64,000 nt of DNA, taken from positions 108,440,001 through 108,504,000 of the forward strand of contig NC_058368.1 of the NCBI RefSeq assembly GCF_018350175.1, read 5' to 3'. Position numbers and translations under genes: made by a program. Each line of letters begins with the position of its first letter. Within the stretch, counting starts at the first letter, position 1. The notes under the pieces are model-generated. The model was not told the origin of the DNA, ran no database searches, and saw nothing but the letters and a program-made list of their open reading frames with translations. Positions 23,897-35,730 of the stretch are shown in pieces. This stretch comes from Felis catus. Its lineage: Eukaryota.

Positions 23897-26659
23897 ACAC
23901 ACATTTTCAAAATCTATCTTGTCCTTACCATCTTTTATGTTCTGGTATGCTGAAAAAAGTGAATTGACACTGAAAGCTCTAATAGCTACTTTCAGAGAAA
24001 AGGCCACTTTTGGGATGGGATTCACCAGTACTACCTGGTAGATACCAGGTAGGAAAGGAACCATAATGGTTCTGAATACAAACGGTTTACTAACTCCTAG
24101 GAAAAACAAAACATGGTTAAATCTTAAAAAGAAAAAATGGCTTAACTCCTTACCCTACCTTATTTTTCTCCATTGTACTTACCACAACCTGACACCATAT
24201 TTTTGTCTATCTCTTCCACTGGTGGGAAATATGTAAACTCCATGAGAACACAGAAGAAGGTTTGTGTTATTTATTGGCATATCACTGGCATCCAGACTTG
24301 TGCCCAGCACTATAATAAGTGCTCAATCAGTGTTTGTTGAATGAATAAATGAAACTACCTAAGGACTAAGTAATTAAGAGGGGATTTTGCTATAAAAAAA
24401 AGATAGGCACTTGATTGCTCTCCAATGGCAAAGAAAGTTCTGGCTAAGCAAATGCTTTAGGCAAAACCAAATCCTAATTAGGCAGACATACTCATAATGT
24501 CTGTCTTTCCAAAATAATAGCAAACCAACAAAAACATGCAAGTAAAGAGCCCTGTTTTTAATAGCACCTAGAATAAAGTAAAGAATTGAGATTTGGTATA
24601 TGCTGGGAGTCTGAGTCACTATGAAAAAGAAGAGCATTTTCTGGCCCAAATCTTAAGTAAGGTCAATTACGGTTATTAAATCAGGACCTGAGGGTGAGGT
24701 CTAGGAATTAATATTTCTCAAAAGCTACATAGGTATTTCTAATATGTGGCCAGGTTTGAAAACTACTTGAAACTAACTCAGGTTCTGGACTAGTCTGACC
24801 CAACTAATTCCAGACCTTTCATGCAGTGAATGATACTGACCTGTAAGTGCTGGACTAAATGTGCGACACAAAAGTGGCATCACAAGTTTCTTGAGAAAAT
24901 AATATCACCCTTATACTTAACACATTTCAACAGTGTTATTCCCCTGAAGACTATTTAGGTAACACTGCCTTTACCAAGAATCTGAATTTGAGCATTGAGG
25001 TGTATACATCTATTTTTGGACTGCCCTTGTTAAAACAGTCACTTGGAAAAAAGGAAGCTCGAGCCTCTTCAACTTAATACTCTCCTTAGAGTAAATACAG
25101 GTTTATCTTATCTGCTGGAGGTCTGATCAGTGTTAACCTAGAGACTGCAATCTGATGAAGGGATCAGACTAGGCTCATACTTTCACCAGAAAGAGAGTCC
25201 CTTTAAAAAGAACTAGAAGGGACCAAGTCTCAGGAGGTAGCATATGCTTTAAGACCACCAAAGTTCTCCTGACAAATAATGAATGAATACTTCACATATT
25301 CTTTAAAAACATCTTTAGGGATGCTTATAGTTTTTTTTTTTTTTAAGGGAAGTCTCAAATGTTAAACCTAGAACAAACATGACCAAGTCCATGGTCTGCA
25401 CTCCAAAGCAAGGATAAGCAGCTCTATACTCTCCAACCTCTGCCTTTCTATCTAAGTCCTTCCTACTCAGAACTACAATTCCCCAGCTCCCATTGTACCT
25501 TCAACTCACTTTGGTCTTGTTTGCCATCCAACTCCTACATTCTACATTGGCAAAAACAAAGAAATACCAAATAATTTTTTACAATACATTTGTCACCACA
25601 TAGTAGTTGGAAACCATTCTCGTCTGAGAAACAAAACAAACCCTCAAAGACTACACGATCTCAGATGAAATTCTGTATTTTCAGATTCTTATTACCAAAA
25701 TCATTCCTCTACACTTGTCAGAAATGTTACAAGATATCATTTATATACAGGAACAGCACATATAGAAACAGGTACCAATTATAAACTTTTAAAATATCTG
25801 ACGGATGATACCCAAATACTTGATACTTCCTCTCTGCTTTAAAATAGTGCACTTATTTTCTTTGGTCAAATTTAAGAGTCATATATATAAAATGATATGA
25901 AAACAGATCTAATCCTATCTCCTGGCATAACTCTGCCAGCCTGAGTAAGAGAAGGTAGCATCTCAACTGCTTACTCAGGGCTTAATCACTACCGCAAAGG
26001 AGGCACTCTGGATTGATGGAAGAGATTACTTACCCTATAATGCAGATGAAGAGGACAGACTTGCTCAGAGCCAACACACAAAATCAGTGAACGAATCAGA
26101 ATTAAAATCCAAACCAACTGGCGAATTTTTTGTTTAATTATAAGGCCAATGGTACTTTGTATTGAATACATGTTCTTAACAGGTTTACATGGATTCTTCT
26201 AGGTTTTAAACGATGTTTAGTTTGTTTTCAAAAAGAAGATTTTCTATCTGTCATCATGAGGAACAGGTCAAATGTAACATTATACCAGTATATTTTTTGT
26301 GGCTAGGTTTTTATTCACAAGAACATATGTTAAATTCCCCCCCCCCCCCCAAGAGCTGGGTGCCATACAGGGGAGACTGGACAGAATACCTTATAACAGC
26401 AGCAGCCAAGAATTATTGACCGTGTGGGGTGTGCCGTGCACTGAGATAAATTTTTGACGTTCACTATTTCACTTGATCCACACAACCATATTAGGAAGCA
26501 GATTCTACTATATACCAATAAAGAAATTTAGGATTAAAGGAGGACATAATGAACATGGTCATATATGTAGAAGTGCCAAACTTGTGAAAAGAATCCAAGT
26601 GAGGTGACACCTGAGTCTATGATGTTACATACACCTTATTAACACATGAAAGAGACTAA

Positions 26660-29395
26660 CATCATCCATCAAATCGACGTGTATTTATTGCACAAATTTC
26701 CCCTAGAACTGGGAGGTTATTATAATACAGGTGTACATTTGAGAAATGTATACAGAACAAGGAACAAGTATGTACATTTTACATATCCCACCATCTAAAT
26801 AACTTAAGAGAAAGCAGAACAATCTCATAAGACATCCACCAGAAGTAGGCATGGTGTAAAATCTTTTTTTTTAAGTGATCATCCCCAGTGTATGCCAATT
26901 GCAACAAAATGAAATCTGTGCTAGTATGTTTATTGCACTTAACATTTTCAAACTCAAAATTAAGACACATTAGTAAAAGCTAAAAATATTTCAAAACAAA
27001 CCAATTAGTTTATATACAAGGAAAAATTAGTTTTAAATCTATAATGTAAAAGATCCCTTTTTCGTTTCCTGTTGCAACATTAACAGGGTTTTTTTATTCC
27101 CTGTTGCATCAAACAGGTTTTTAAAATATGTAACACACAACTGTTTGTACCATAAGAAGTTGAAAAAATTATTTTGAACAGGCCAGAACTCTTTTCACAT
27201 TCATCATAATGATCACACTTTAAAGAAGTAGCAGCTCATTCCTTGGGCTTTGTGTAAGGAAAAACATGACTATGATGAAGGCAGTAGAAATTACAGAGGG
27301 TTAGGAATTATAAAACTCAGGAATCCTATAAGGATTAATGATTCTATTAAGAAACTAAGGTTCTTCCTTCTGAGCAAAGCTTAGTTTTAAAAGGAACGGT
27401 AGTAGCATGGGCCATCCATTTACTGAAGACTAGATTTCCTAAATGATAGAGATTTCAAACAGGACTGTGAATCATTTGATGATTAATTAAAAAAAGAAAA
27501 CAAGCAAAATCAGACATTATCTATCTGCTACATACACATCATTTGAACTACAATAAAAAAAAATAATGTACACTGGCCCCCATATGAATCTGTCTATACT
27601 CTGAATTCTGCCAAAGAGACTGACTATAGAATCCCAAACAATAAAAGAGGGAAGAATTTCAGTAATTAATGGAATAAGAAACTCAAGCCAAAGAAAACAG
27701 ATCTATAAATGCTCCTTGGCAGCAAGTCATCCATGGGAGACTCAGGTATTAACTGGGACCAGGTGACAGGACACAGGGGCAACAATGATTACAGGCACAA
27801 CAATTTCAGGTTTACACTCCATTAAAATAACCATTTCTTTTCTACTAGAGAGTTCGTGAATACATAAAGAACAAAGCAAAATGTGACCCAACACTATAAA
27901 TTCAAGGCCAAAGACTAAACAAACCACAGAAATCGTCCTTATTTACTGAAAATTCAAACAGCAAGAATGAATGTATTATACAGTAATTATATTGAGTAAG
28001 AGAATAGCAAGTAGGTTTTTTTAAGCTAATCAATTAATTATGATGAAAATAGTCCATGAAAGCAGAAACCAATTTCACTTTCAGCATTAAAAGTATCTTA
28101 AATCAGGTAAGTAAAGAATAAACTATAATGTAGTATTCAAGTAAACTGAGGTAGTAGAGCATAATGAAAACTTTATCTACCCATCTTTATATTTACATTA
28201 CTTACAAGAGTTTGGTTCCATATTAGCCTTTCTTATAAGCAACACTCTACAATATATACAAAAAATATTAACAACTGAAAAGTGAAAATTCTGAAAACAA
28301 ATTAGATTTTGGAAGGGAGGGGCTATTAGAGAAAAGAGAGTAATTTTAAGAATTAATAAGCTCTATTAGTGTAAACTGATTATTATGAAGCAGTGAAACA
28401 AACATTCAGTTCCTATGGGTTCAAGAAGGGCTGATATTGAAAGCAAAGGCCTTGGCTACCTGAGCACTTTTAAAGAAAACAGTATTATTTTTCCCAATGC
28501 TTTGGTGCAATTTTTAATCCTAATTTTTATTTATTAAATTAGATGCAAAAATGTAAATACTAACATTTATAAGAATTAGCTTATTCTTACAAACAAAACA
28601 AATGGTATAAAGTAGTATTTTTATTTGGGGAACCTACATTACTCAGCCTTAAAAAAAGATTGGCTTTAGTTATGTTTTAGGGTGTGTGAAACAAATAATT
28701 CACCAGAAAGCAACATTTCAACACTATTTACAACTGATACTAGTTGAAAATATTTTTTTTTAAAAAGACATGTTTACCAATCAATCTTGTATTTCTACCT
28801 CTGCTTCTTTAAAAAATAGATACATATGTACACTTGGATGGATAACATACACACATTTACACTCATTATTCTGGATTATTATAATTAACAGGCTATTTAA
28901 AATAGTTTGAGAAATACTCTAAAATTAGCTATTTTGAGTTGAAAAACAAAAGAATAATCAAGTTTTTATAGGTCTCCATACCTTAGAAATAAGGAATTCA
29001 AATTAATTAAATGACTATTTCTGAGTCATTTAATTGTGAGATATCCAATGCTATTTATGGGTGTGGCAACACAGGAGTGATCATATGAAATTCCTTGATG
29101 ATATTCATTTTGTAGAAATTTCTATACTTTGGCTTTTTCAAATGCTTTCCCTAAATATTATTTATGCTGCTTTAGGCTCACTTGGTTAAAAATATACCAC
29201 CACCCAAAAGTCCAGCCAAAAGAAAAAAGCAATCCAATGATCACACAATATGTACTGCAATGCAGGATACCCAGGCATTTGACTCATTCAGATGGAAGTC
29301 TAACAGGGAGAAAAAAAGCCATAAATGCATGTTGCATCTGCTTCTTTAGTTTCTATTTAACTTTCTACCAAAGTTAATTTCTAATGACCTTTGTG
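26660..29395 (-). other. FNIP1: FNIP1 3'UTR (3' end approximate)
   Basis: Follows the TAA at 29396-29398. AT-rich, free of SINEs, rich in miRNA and Pumilio sites. AATAAA at 26684-26689. Confidence 0.75.
26684..26689 (-). terminator. Likely FNIP1 polyadenylation signal AATAAA
   Basis: Plus-strand tttatt, followed on the mRNA by GU/U-rich sequence. Alternative AATAAA at 26310, 26929 and 27093. Confidence 0.6.
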
Positions 29396-29474
29396 TTAAA
29401 GGAGTATCTGAGCAACATATGGAGAGTGAGTGCTTGCTACAGCAGCCAGAAGAGGAAGATCACTGGATTCAATC
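29396..29474 (-). CDS. FNIP1: FNIP1 last coding exon (exon 18 by human numbering)
   Basis: tttcAG acceptor. (G)[28 protein letters not shown], the FNIP C-terminus. Confidence 0.96.
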
Positions 29475-29868
29475 CTGAAATAAAGAAAACAAAAATTTCA
29501 GGTTAGGCATTCTGTACCCAGGACATGTGTCCTACAGGCAGTAAGTGCTACGGGTAAAGTCACACTATATCTCAGATGTCAAGAACGTAGGGCACTCTGG
29601 CCAAAAGGAAAAGGATAAGAAGAGAGTTGAAGATAACACAAGCTGGAAATTTTTCAGTAAGTAAAAACCAGAGCCAAAGATTTTTTTAAAAAGAAAGTCT
29701 CTGAAACCCAACAGCAACAAGATCATGCATGTAGGAAAGCATATCACTGCTAATGGACCATGTATCAGGGCAAGGGACAGTATGTAAGAAATACAATAAA
29801 TAATAGAAAAATTGTGTGCACCCATACTGTTTTGGATACAAATGTTTTCTTATTTAAAAAAAAAGGGT

Positions 29869-30087
29869 TTTTTTTTTTTTTTAATGTTTATTTATTATTG
29901 AGAGACAGAGAGAGACAGAGCATGAGCATGGGAGGGGTAGAAAGAGGGGGAGACACAGAATCAGAAGCAGGCTCTGGGCTCCGAGCTGTCAGCACAGGGC
30001 CCGATGTGGGGCTCGAACCCACAAACCATGAGATCATGACCTGAGCCAAAGTCAGATGCTTAACCGACCGAGTCACCCAGGCGCCCC
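29869..30087 (-). mobile_element. CAN-SINE in the last FNIP1 intron
   Basis: TSD TGGATACAAATGTTTT. Confidence 0.92.
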
Positions 30088-31026
30088 TGGATACAAATGT
30101 TTTTATAAAAAGAAGTACTGGGAAGAAGTAATGGATGCTTCTTAAAAATTCATCCTACCACAAATAATTTATAGGGGGAAAAAAAGGCCAATAAAGACAG
30201 AAAAAGTTATGCAGATTCATTCACAGTTAGAGAATAAATCTGAGTAAAATCCTATTACATTTTTTCAGCTAGTAGCTTAACAAAGATGAAAAAATTTGCT
30301 AATAGGCAGCAGTAGGAAGAGGTAGCTTCCTGCTGTCTGTGAGAATCTATTCTGATATTTTTTGGATAACCTTTAGTACTACCTATCGCAATAACTAACA
30401 ATATCTATCAAAAATTTAATACACATGTCCTTTAACCAAAAATTCTACTTCTAAGAATTTATCCTACAAACTTCAAAGATGTATATTCATTTCAGCACTA
30501 ATTTGTAACAGCAAAAAACCTGAAAATAATTTAAACTCTATCAAATAATGAAATGCTATACAACCATTAAAAATAAATTAGTATGTGCTTGTATGAACAT
30601 TCAACTCCAAGGCAAATTGCAGGATGATATGTAGAATACAAACTAATTTATATTTTTTATCCTCTACATTTAAAAATTCTGTAAGAAGAGACAATCCATC
30701 AACTATGTGGGTGAGGGTTAGAAGTTGAGGAAAAGACACTGATGAATTAATTTTAATTTTATGTCAAAATGCACTGTAAAATCTGGTTATATGCATAATA
30801 AATTAAAAGCTAGTTTAAATTAAAAAAAAAAGACATGACACACATAGAATCATCTATGTCCAGTCTAGATGATGAGGATTAACACTGATCAAAGAATTTA
30901 ATTTGGTTTCTGATGCACAGTTGCTACTTAATGTTGACTTTCCCTCCCTTCTAAAAAGCTTAATTTTAAAAATTTCTACCTTGTTTTAATTTATTCAACA
31001 GGATTTTGAGAAATAATTGACATTCT

Positions 31027-31066
31027 CACACACACACACACACACACACACACAAATACACACACA
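31027..31066. repeat. (CA)n microsatellite
   Basis: Read directly; it is (UG)n on the FNIP1 pre-mRNA. Confidence 0.9.
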
Positions 31067-31579
31067 AAAAGTAGCCACAGAACACAGGCAAAGTGACTAC
31101 AGAATATAAGGAAAAGGGCTATACAATGCCTCCCACCAACTTCCTGTTCCTCCTTCAGTTGGCATTTTAGAAAAGTGTCTTTTCCCCAGGAGTAACTGCA
31201 AAGTAAACAGATAGAATATAAAGATAATAGGGAATGAATAGTAATATGTAGATAATGTTCTACCACCCACAGAATGGTGTTACTTCAATCAGCTCATGTG
31301 GATGGCAGGTCATATGCTGGGAATGATGAGTTTTAACACATAAATGAGTAAAAATGAATACTTACTTTCACTAAGATGAAAATTCAGATTTTAGTTCATT
31401 TTTATCTGACCATATTCTCAACTTACTGTAATAGTACAAGTGGAGGCCAGGGATGTGCTTTTATATGGTATAGAGCGACCCAACTGGTAACTGTTCAGCT
31501 TCTAACAGGAAAATAACTTAAAATGAAAAAAGGCAATTCTGAGGAACGAACATTCCTTTTCTAAAGAAAGTGTAATGAG

Positions 31580-31806
31580 GGGGGGCCTGCGTGGCTCAGT
31601 TGGTTGAGCTTCTGACTTCAGCTCAGGTCATGATCTCACAGTTCCTGAGTTTGAGCCCCACGTCGGGCTATGTGCTGACAGCTCAGAGCCGGGAGCGTGC
31701 TTCAGATTCTGTGTCTCCCTCTCTCTCTAACCACCCCTACTTGTGCTCTGTCTCTGTCTTTCAAAAATGAATAAACATAAAAAAAAAAAAATTAAAAAAA
31801 AAAAAA
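31580..31806 (+). mobile_element. CAN-SINE ~50 bp from the FNIP1 exon 17 donor
   Basis: TSD GAAAGTGTAATGAG (31566-31579 / 31808-31821). Confidence 0.92.
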
Positions 31807-31854
31807 GGAAAGTGTAATGAGAAAACAAAGCCAGAAAAGAAACCATAAACATAC

Positions 31855-31970
31855 CCTAGAACCACTCCTAGTTCCTTGACATGGACACGCATCTGTCCTC
31901 TCAGGTATTCAGACAGCATTTTGCTCTTGAAGTATAACTCCTGTAATCGGTCTTCGAGATGCATTACACA
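31855..31970 (-). CDS. FNIP1: FNIP1 exon 17 (116 bp)
   Basis: ctgcAG acceptor and GTATGT donor. [38 protein letters not shown](G). Confidence 0.96.
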
Positions 31971-32132
31971 CTGCAGTGAAGGTAGAAATTCCAAAGCATC
32001 ACATTTGTGACAATTCTGTTTAGTTATTTGTATATAAATTAAAATTTTGAGCACATTTTTAAAGCACATAATTTTAGCTAAAGGAGTGTAAATTTTTTTC
32101 TTGCTCATATCAAACATTTAGATCCTACAGAG

Positions 32133-32345
32133 ATTTTTTAATTGTTTATTTATTTATTTTGAGAGAGATAAAGAGAGTGGGAGCAAGGGAGGTTCGGAGA
32201 GAGGGAGGGAGAGAGAATCCCAAGCAAGCTCTGCACTATCAGCGCAGAGCCCAATGTGGGGCTCAATATCATGAATCCATGAGATCATGACCTGAGCCAA
32301 AATCAAGAGTCAAATGCTTAACTGACTGAGCCATCCAGGAACCCT
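32133..32345 (-). mobile_element. CAN-SINE
   Basis: T-rich tail, (GA)n, reverse head. Confidence 0.88.
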
Positions 32346-32797
32346 GTGTTGTTGTTGTTTTTTAATGCAGTAAATTATACACAATATAAAATTTTCCTTT
32401 TTAACCATTTTTAAGTGTACAACTGAGAAGCATTAAGTACATTCAAAAAGATGTGAAACTATCACTACACATTTCCATAGCTTTAAAAAACACTTTTATT
32501 CCAGATTTGATAAATATAATACTCATGATACATTTCAAATATATTTACATAGGACAGGGTGCATTCTACTCTGGAGAGTTAAAGAAAAAAGTCTACAACA
32601 GCTCACAGAGAATGCTCAGTAGTCCTTACTAGAAAAGAGAGGTTTCTAGGCTAGAACATTAAAAACTAAAACACATACACTCCATTTATCAACTAACTTG
32701 CTCAATTAAATACAATAGGCAATTTTTCATGTGAATTAATGCTATACATGTATGAGGACAAAACATGAGTTTCAGGTGTTAAAACACTAAATTCTCA

Positions 32798-32918
32798 GGA
32801 TGCCTGGGTGGCTCAGTAGGTTCAGCAGCAGATTATCGATTTCAGCTCAGGTCACGATCTCGGTTTGCGAGATCAAGACCTGTGTCCAGCTCTGCCCTGA
32901 TAGCTCAGAGCCTGCATG

Positions 32919-32990
<72 letters not shown>

Positions 32991-33065
32991 CCTCTCCTGC
33001 TGTGCACCCTCTGGCGTGTGCGCGCTCTCTCAAAATAAATAAATATTTAAAACAAAAACAAACAA
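32798..33065 (+). mobile_element. CAN-SINE with an expanded (CT)n
   Basis: Head, long CT array, TSD-like CACTAAATTCT. Confidence 0.88.
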
Positions 33066-33349
33066 AACCCACTAAATTCTTGCAGACCATTCCTTTCCAA
33101 TGAAAATCAACTATTAAAACTGCTAACAGGTGTGACTGGCTGGCTGGCTCAGTCTGTAGACCATGTGGCTCTTGATCTCAGGATTGTGAGCTTGAGTCTC
33201 ACACTGGGCATGGAGCTTACTCAAAAAAACAAAACAAAACTGCTAATAACAACCCATTTTCTTCTTGGAAATCAAAACAGAAATTATACGTACACACACA
33301 CACACACACACACACCTATAAGCTTTACATATAATTTACATATATCTGG

Positions 33350-34402
33350 GAATTTACTATATTAACCATTTTTAAGTATACAATTCTGTGGCATTAAGTA
33401 CAGTCACAAAGTTGTGCAACCATCATCACAATCCATTTCAAGAACTTTTTTTCATTATCCCAAACAGAAACTCTGCACCCATTACATAATAACTCCTCAT
33501 TCCCTCCTTCCCCCAAGCCCTTGGTAATCTCTATCTACTTTCTATCTCTATGAATTTGCCTATTCTAGATACCTCACTTAGCTAGAATCATATAATATCT
33601 GTCCTTTTCGCTAATTCTACATAGCATAATGTGTGCAAGGTTCATCCATGCTGTAGCAAAAGGTATTAGAATTACATTACTTTTTATGACTCAAATATCC
33701 CATTCTATGTATTATACCACATTTTGTTTATCCATTCATTTGTTGATAGACATGAGTTATTTCCAACTTTTGGCCATTGGAAATCATGCTGCCATGAACA
33801 TGACAGTAGAATTATTTGAGTCCCTGCTTTCAAATGTTTTGAGTATCAACCCAGAAGTAGAATTGCTGAATCATGGGACAATACAACGTTAAACTCTTTA
33901 GGGAACTGCCAAAGTGTTTTGCACAGCAGCTGCACCATTTTACACTCCCACCAGCATTGCGCAAGGGTTCCCATTTCTCCACATTTTGGCTAATCCATGT
34001 TATTTTTGTTTTTGCTCGGAGCCATACTTATGGGTGTGAAGGAGTATCTCACTGTGGTTTTGATTTACATTTTCCTAATGACTAATGATGTTGAAGATCT
34101 TTTCATATGCTCAATGACTGTTTGTACATCTTTAGAGAAATGTCTATTTGCCAACTTTCAAATTGAGTTTTTCTTTGTTGTTGTTGAATTGTGGGAGTTC
34201 TCTATATATTCTGGACACCAATCTCTTGGAAGATACATGATTTACAAATATTTTCCCCTACCCTGCACATTGTCTTTTCACTTGTTGATAATGTCCTTTG
34301 ATATACAAAAATTTGAATTTGCTGAAGTCCCATGTATCTACTTTTTACTTTTCTTGCCTGTGCTTCTAAAATTTTTTTTAATGTCCATTTATTTTTGAGA
34401 GT

Positions 34403-34438
<36 letters not shown>

Positions 34439-35730
34439 CAAGCAGGGGAAGGGCAGAGAGAGAGGGAGACACAGAATCCAAAGCAGACTCCAGGCTCTGA
34501 GTTGTCAGCACAGAGCCTGGACATGGGACTCGAACTCACAAGCTGTGAAATCATGACCTGCCCCAAGTTGAACACTTAACCAACTGAGCCACCCAGGCAT
34601 CTCTGTGCTTTTGGTTTTAAATCCAAGTAATCAGTGCCAAATCAAATGTCATAAAGATTATCCCCCAAGGTTTTCTTCAAACAGTTTTATACACAGTTTA
34701 AGCACTTAAGTTTAGGTTTAAGTTTAGGTTTAAGTCACATTCAAGTTTGAGTTCATTTTTGTACACGGCATAAAGGGCTCAATTTCATGCTTTTGCCATG
34801 TGGATATCCAGTTTTCTCAACACGATTTATTGCAAAAGCTCCTTTCCTCTTTGAATGGTCGTGACTCCTTTGTCCAAAACCAACTGACCATGTAAGGAAA
34901 GGTTTATTTGGGGGCTATCATATTCTATTGCTTTATGTGTCTGTCGCAAAGCCATATCAAACTGTTTGGAAGATTGTCACTTTGTACTAAGTTTTGAAAT
35001 CGGGAGGTGTGAGTCCTCCATCTTTTTCTTTTTTTAGGATTATTTTGGCTCTTTAAGTCCTTTGAGAGACCATACAAATTTTAGGATACTTGATCTATTT
35101 CCTCAAAAAAAAAAAAAAAAAGGAAGTCATTGGGATTTTTTGTAAGGATTGTACTGAGTAAGTAGATTACTTTGGGTAGTACAGTCATCTTAATAATACT
35201 AAGACTTCCAATTTATGAACACTAGATGTCTTCCTCTTTATGTATGTCTTTTATTTCTTTCAGCAATGTTTTCTAGTTTTCAGTATACAAGCCATTTGGG
35301 TCTGGTCAAATTTATTACTAAGTAATTTATTCTTTTGATGCTATTTTAAGTGCTTTCTTAACTTCCATTTTAGATTGTTCATTGCTAGTATATGGAAGTA
35401 CAACTATCTTTGCTGATTTTGTACCTTGCAGATTTGCTGAATTCATTTATTAGCTCTATGTGTTCTTTTGTGGAATCTTTAAGTTTTCTACATTTAAGAT
35501 TATGTCATCTGCAGAGATAATTTCACCTTTTCCTTTCCAATTAGGATACTTTTTGTTTCTTCTTCTTGCTTAACTGCTCTGCCTAGCAATTTCCAGTACT
35601 ATGCACAATAGAAGTGGTGAAAGTGGGCATCCATGCCTTGTCCTTGATCTAAGGGGTAAAACTTTCAGTCTTTCACCACTGAGAATAATGTTAGCTGTAG
35701 ATTTGTTATATGTGGGCTTTATAATGTTGA
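33350..35730 (-). mobile_element. 5'-truncated old L1 (L1MA/MB-like), interrupted by a SINE at 34370-34601
   Basis: Reverse-complement L1 3'UTR and ORF2 C-terminal phrases (ttcatccatgctgtagc, gtatctcactgtggttttgattt, ttttcagtctttcacca). Confidence 0.8.
34370..34601 (-). mobile_element. CAN-SINE nested in the L1
   Basis: TSD-like CTGTGCTT. Confidence 0.9.

Noticed and set aside
28147..28170. let-7 gene on the plus strand (TGAGGTAGTAGA)
   Set aside because: The match ends after 12 nt and there is no precursor hairpin; it is better explained as a target site on the minus-strand mRNA.
29005..29035. Iron-responsive element
   Set aside because: The loop is CAGAAAU rather than CAGUGN, and there is no bulged C.
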